Virus record (IMG/VR): IMGVR_UViG_3300017912_001074
Location: 1 to 29,188 of that record
From: a virus
Taxonomy: Duplodnaviria; Caudoviricetes
DNA: 29,188 nucleotides
Direction: 5' to 3' (one strand)
Shown piece by piece: positions 26,195 through 29,188 of the stretch. Each line of letters begins with the position of its first letter. Position 1 is the first letter of the stretch. The notes beneath the pieces are model-generated. The model was not told the DNA's origin. It was given only the letters and a program-made list of their open reading frames with translations, and did no database searches. The position numbers and the translations under genes are program-made.

Positions 26195-26693
26195 TGTTGA
26201 CTACTCCCTTGGTTTTGTGTAACACAAATTCTGTTTGAGGATATTTTGCAAATATATCCTTCCAAATAGGTCTCCACCAACGGTTGAGGTCTGGTCTAGT
26301 TGGTCTTGGCACTTTGTAATCCATAGCTGAAGTTAGATCTTCACTCCATAAGCTATCAAATCCCCAGAGATGAATGATATCATATCCTTTTTTGGCCAAA
26401 GTTTCCACTGCGTGGTGACCTGAATTCTTTCTTGACTGTTTTGTATATAATTCTTGTGTTTCTAAACCTAGGTTTAGTCTTTGATTTACTTTTTGTATGT
26501 TAGGTGTGCACCATATGGTGCGGTTTGTGTGCCATTTGTGTTTGTCCATCCACAGCACACACTTGTCATCTATTATGCTGAGAACATCATAGCTCTCTAT
26601 GTTTGGTATATTGCAGGCAACAACAAATTCTCCCTGTGGCAAAAACACTTGCCAACTTGCACCATTACCTACTACGCTTGCCTGTTTGCTCAT
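26160..26693 (-). CDS. glycosyltransferase-like protein (Maf/sialyltransferase-like Rossmann motif)
   Basis: VVGNGAS...VACN and SGHHAV...GYDIIHLWGFD motifs; start reassigned to 26693 (MSKQ). Confidence 0.6.
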   Translation of the reverse strand: MSKQASVVGNGASWQVFLPQGEFVVACNIPNIESYDVLSIIDDKCVLWMDKHKWHTNRTIWCTPNIQKVNQRLNLGLETQELYTKQSRKNSGHHAVETLAKKGYDIIHLWGFDSLWSEDLTSAMDYKVPRPTRPDLNRWWRPIWKDIFAKYPQTEFVLHKTKGVVNIEAENLKIHQE

Positions 26694-26877
26694 ACACCTT
26701 TTCCTGTATACCATATAGCGCATCTTCTAGATGATCTATTCTTGTTTTTAGTCTTTTGAGTTCTGCTACCAATAGTTCTTGATTTTTGCTCATCTGAACT
26801 ATGTGTGCATCTGCTTGTATGCAAAACTTTTCCATGTCTTGCAGTTGTTTTAGCGGATCAAATTTAGGATCAATCAT
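26665..26877 (-). CDS. small coiled-coil hypothetical protein
   Basis: 70 aa with overlapping operon junctions. Confidence 0.6.
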   Translation of the reverse strand: MIDPKFDPLKQLQDMEKFCIQADAHIVQMSKNQELLVAELKRLKTRIDHLEDALYGIQEKVYEQTGKRSR

Positions 26878-27299
26878 ACTATTCTTCTTTTATATGCTAG
26901 ACCTGTGTGTGGTGGCATTGTTGCCGCATCTTTTGGATCCCAACCACTCCTACATCTTGACCAAAATGTGCGATATGGTATGCCATTGCTTCGTGCAAGT
27001 TCTCTCAGTTTAGGATGTTTGATGCCACGGCGTCCTGTTTGGCATTGTTTCTTTGTTCGTGCCCAATAACAGTTGTCTTTGTTCCAATCGCCTAGTTTAT
27101 TGTGTCTTGCTAGTATGCGTCCTGGTTTTTTTGATCCCATATCATCTACAAAGTTTATAAACCCACTAGGACCATGCCATTCCTCGCACACAGAGCTCTC
27201 TACATAGGCATATTCTTCAGTCTGCACTATTTGGTGCATACGATACCAAACCCGCCATGTAGCAAGGTCTTGTTTGCGTAATTCTGTATAGTAACTCAT
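26874..27299 (-). CDS. HNH-endonuclease-like protein (degenerate) with C-terminal HTH
   Basis: VCEEW...FINFVDDMG...LARHNKLGDWNKDNCYWA and LRELARSNGIPYRTFWSR..SGWD. Confidence 0.7.
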   Translation of the reverse strand: MSYYTELRKQDLATWRVWYRMHQIVQTEEYAYVESSVCEEWHGPSGFINFVDDMGSKKPGRILARHNKLGDWNKDNCYWARTKKQCQTGRRGIKHPKLRELARSNGIPYRTFWSRCRSGWDPKDAATMPPHTGLAYKRRIV

Positions 27300-27643
27300 T
27301 GTTTGTTCCTTTGATCATGACGATCTGCCCAGTCTGTTTTAGGCAGTTTTGCTAGACTTTCATAACCGCATTTTTTGAAGAATTGTCTTCTGCTGGCGAT
27401 TATACAGTTTTTAGGTGACCATGCTTCAATTGGATCTTTGCGAACCATACAATAGCTGTGTAATTCTTTGCCTCTGTGTTCAATCAATCCTGAATCACGC
27501 CATAGCTCATACCAAGTTTCACAACTAAACGCCCATTCTTGTTTGCGAAAACGTGCTTGTGCTCTTGCCCTTGAATATTTTTTGCGCCACTCTAAACTTA
27601 TGTCTTTTGGGTATTCTAATCTACCTGTCATAGTGTTCTCCAT
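27296..27643 (-). CDS. HNH-like protein (degenerate)
   Basis: ARFRKQEWAFSCETWYELW...RG....YCMVRKDPIEAWSPKNC pattern. Confidence 0.6.
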   Translation of the reverse strand: MENTMTGRLEYPKDISLEWRKKYSRARAQARFRKQEWAFSCETWYELWRDSGLIEHRGKELHSYCMVRKDPIEAWSPKNCIIASRRQFFKKCGYESLAKLPKTDWADRHDQRNKQ

Positions 27644-28530
27644 GTTCCTTCAAATAGTTCTCTTTTGTGTCTTGTTTGTGCAAGCATCTCCAAACACAAC
27701 TTGCGTTGTTGGTCTGTGTCCCATAATCTTAGGTGGCCCTGTAGATATTCATTCCAAGGTGTTGCATACTTGTGTGCAGGTGACGCTCCTGTGGTCACAG
27801 CAGGCACACCTGCTACGATGCTTTCAACTGCCGCTACACTGTGTTGACTTATGGTCACAGCATAACGACCATCTTCTAATTGATCTGTTAGTTCACCATT
27901 TAGTTGTCTTGTTTTTCTTGATGGTTTGTGTCTTATGTCATAGTCTACGCCCATACGCTCTAGTTCTTGAACAACACCTTTGATCCATGCACTTTTGGTT
28001 GTTGCATAGTAGTTGGTATACACATGTTCTGAACAGGGCACAATGAGCGCACGACCACGCACACCATCTAGTCCTGTCATTGAGCGTATGTGTATGAAAT
28101 GATGCCAACAGTTGAGTGCTTTGTGTGAAAACTCTTGCAGTAGCGTGTTGATTCTACGTTCGTGTGAGTCTAGATCTATATTACCAAGTGTGCCATGTGT
28201 GCCTTGACTCCAACGCACCCATTCTTTTGCACCTGTTGGATTGTGTGCTCTTGCCCAATTGAAATGTGGTAAGAAAGGATTGTCCCAAAAGCGCCAACTA
28301 CCGTGCCATATCTCACGAGGATGTTGAAAAGGTTTGTCATAGAAAGGATCACCTGGTTTTGATGCCCATGTGTTGCCAAACTGTATCAACAATCTATCTC
28401 CTTCAGTCTTTGAGATATCCCAACAGGGTTCGTAGTTGTCTATGTGTATGCGACCATCGTCATTTGCGTCCTTTTGCACCCAATAACCCCAGTGCAGTCC
28501 ATGACGCTGTTTTTGTGCCCAGAAGCTCAT
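27628..28530 (-). CDS. glycosyltransferase-like protein (GT-B / capsule-biosynthesis KpsS-like C-terminus)
   Basis: DIRHKP and VTISQHSVAAVESIVAGVPAVT motifs. Confidence 0.6.
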   Translation of the reverse strand: MSFWAQKQRHGLHWGYWVQKDANDDGRIHIDNYEPCWDISKTEGDRLLIQFGNTWASKPGDPFYDKPFQHPREIWHGSWRFWDNPFLPHFNWARAHNPTGAKEWVRWSQGTHGTLGNIDLDSHERRINTLLQEFSHKALNCWHHFIHIRSMTGLDGVRGRALIVPCSEHVYTNYYATTKSAWIKGVVQELERMGVDYDIRHKPSRKTRQLNGELTDQLEDGRYAVTISQHSVAAVESIVAGVPAVTTGASPAHKYATPWNEYLQGHLRLWDTDQQRKLCLEMLAQTRHKRELFEGTWRTL

Positions 28531-28943
28531 TAGAAGTCAGTGCCTCCTTGTGAGAACAGTGATTGTTGAAACTGTATCTGTGGAAAGCGTTCATTGTCTA
28601 TTGCTGAAAACAGTTGTGCTACAAATTCTAGATCTTCCATTTGTTTTTTGCTTAATCTACAGATGCCATACTGCTTGGTGTTACGCCAATAGTTTGCAAG
28701 CAGTCCTGTTACCACACTTACCACTGAGTTAGGTCCATTGCGACCCTTGTGTAGATGCTTGGGTCGTCTTTTTTGTAGTGCGTCCCATAGGAAATCATCT
28801 TTGCTTTGTCCTGCATGACTGATGTAGTCACACCAATCTATGAGTTGTTCAAAATACCAAGCACTGTCATCAGGATGCATGTCCATGAGTGGATTGCGAG
28901 GATCTCTGCCTACTGAACTTGGTGAATATTTTATTTGTTTCAT
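28530..28943 (-). CDS. hypothetical protein (putative early gene)
   Basis: Start reassigned to 28943 (MKQIKY), with ACGGAG RBS; 137 aa. Confidence 0.7.
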   Translation of the reverse strand: MKQIKYSPSSVGRDPRNPLMDMHPDDSAWYFEQLIDWCDYISHAGQSKDDFLWDALQKRRPKHLHKGRNGPNSVVSVVTGLLANYWRNTKQYGICRLSKKQMEDLEFVAQLFSAIDNERFPQIQFQQSLFSQGGTDF

Positions 28944-28968
28944 TTTTAGTCTCCGTTTGTTGCGTATG

Positions 28969-28974
28969 TATTTA
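28969..28974 (-). promoter_or_regulatory. TAAATA late-type promoter motif
   Basis: GATAAATA upstream of the RBS of the 28943 gene. Confidence 0.45.
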
Positions 28975-28987
28975 TCAAGGTAACTTA

Positions 28988-29016
28988 AATATAGCATGAA
29001 ATTGGCACAGTGTCAA
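28988..29016 (-). promoter_or_regulatory. sigma70-type promoter
   Basis: TTGACA (29016-29011), 17 bp spacer, TATATT (28993-28988) with an extended -10 TG. Confidence 0.75.
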
Positions 29017-29188
29017 CCGCTAGGGCATTCCATCGTGAGCGTAGCGAAACGCTTGCGGTAGCGAAAGATGGGTGTCTTTGGCAGTCTCCCAAAAGAACGG
29101 TGTCTTCCACGGTTTTGATGAGGTGGTATATTTTAGATCACAGTTTGACAGAGTCTAAAAAGAGAGGTTTGATTGAGATGAGATACAA

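Noticed and set aside
5872-28379. Short minus-strand alternative-frame ORFs (5872-6066, 11816-12028, 28176-28379)
   Set aside because: They overlap stronger genes in another frame and have no independent support.
581-28732. Numerous plus-strand ORFs in the ORF track
   Set aside because: They are antisense shadows of well-supported minus-strand genes and lack recognisable motifs.
1161-28974. TAAATA as an archaeal TATA box
   Set aside because: The motif can lie only ~16 nt from an ATG with a Shine-Dalgarno in between, fitting a -10 element, and a canonical bacterial sigma70 promoter is present.
1-29188. CRISPR array, tRNA, integrase or alternative genetic code
   Set aside because: No spaced direct repeats, cloverleafs or recombinase motifs were seen; genes are full-length and tightly packed under the standard bacterial code.

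Overview
This 29.2 kb window is part of an AT-rich tailed dsDNA phage genome with siphovirus-type morphogenesis genes and marine-phage-like gene content. Every credible gene lies on the minus strand. In transcription order (right to left) it holds: a sigma70-type promoter and unknown gene; two glycosyltransferase-like genes and two degenerate HNH-like genes; a fibre/decoration module including a 3x LamG protein; terS, an inserted gene, terL and portal; small basic proteins; scaffold and major capsid; head-tail and tail genes including a -1 frameshifted chaperone, tape measure, Dit/hub, GNAT and tip; small metal-binding proteins; a structured non-coding element; and two SAM methyltransferases. 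No replication, integrase, sigma-factor or endolysin gene is visible. Three signals stand out. (1) The exact tetrapeptide DSAG occurs 9 times in 8 unrelated virion proteins with varied codons, alongside phage-encoded glycosyl- and methyltransferases, suggesting a sequon-directed virion modification system. (2) A T4-late-like TAAATA motif sits in almost every large intergenic gap. (3) A ~170 nt structured RNA candidate starts at one such motif and carries segments complementary to the RBS/start codons of putative early genes. All product calls come from motif recognition and synteny by eye, not database searches.
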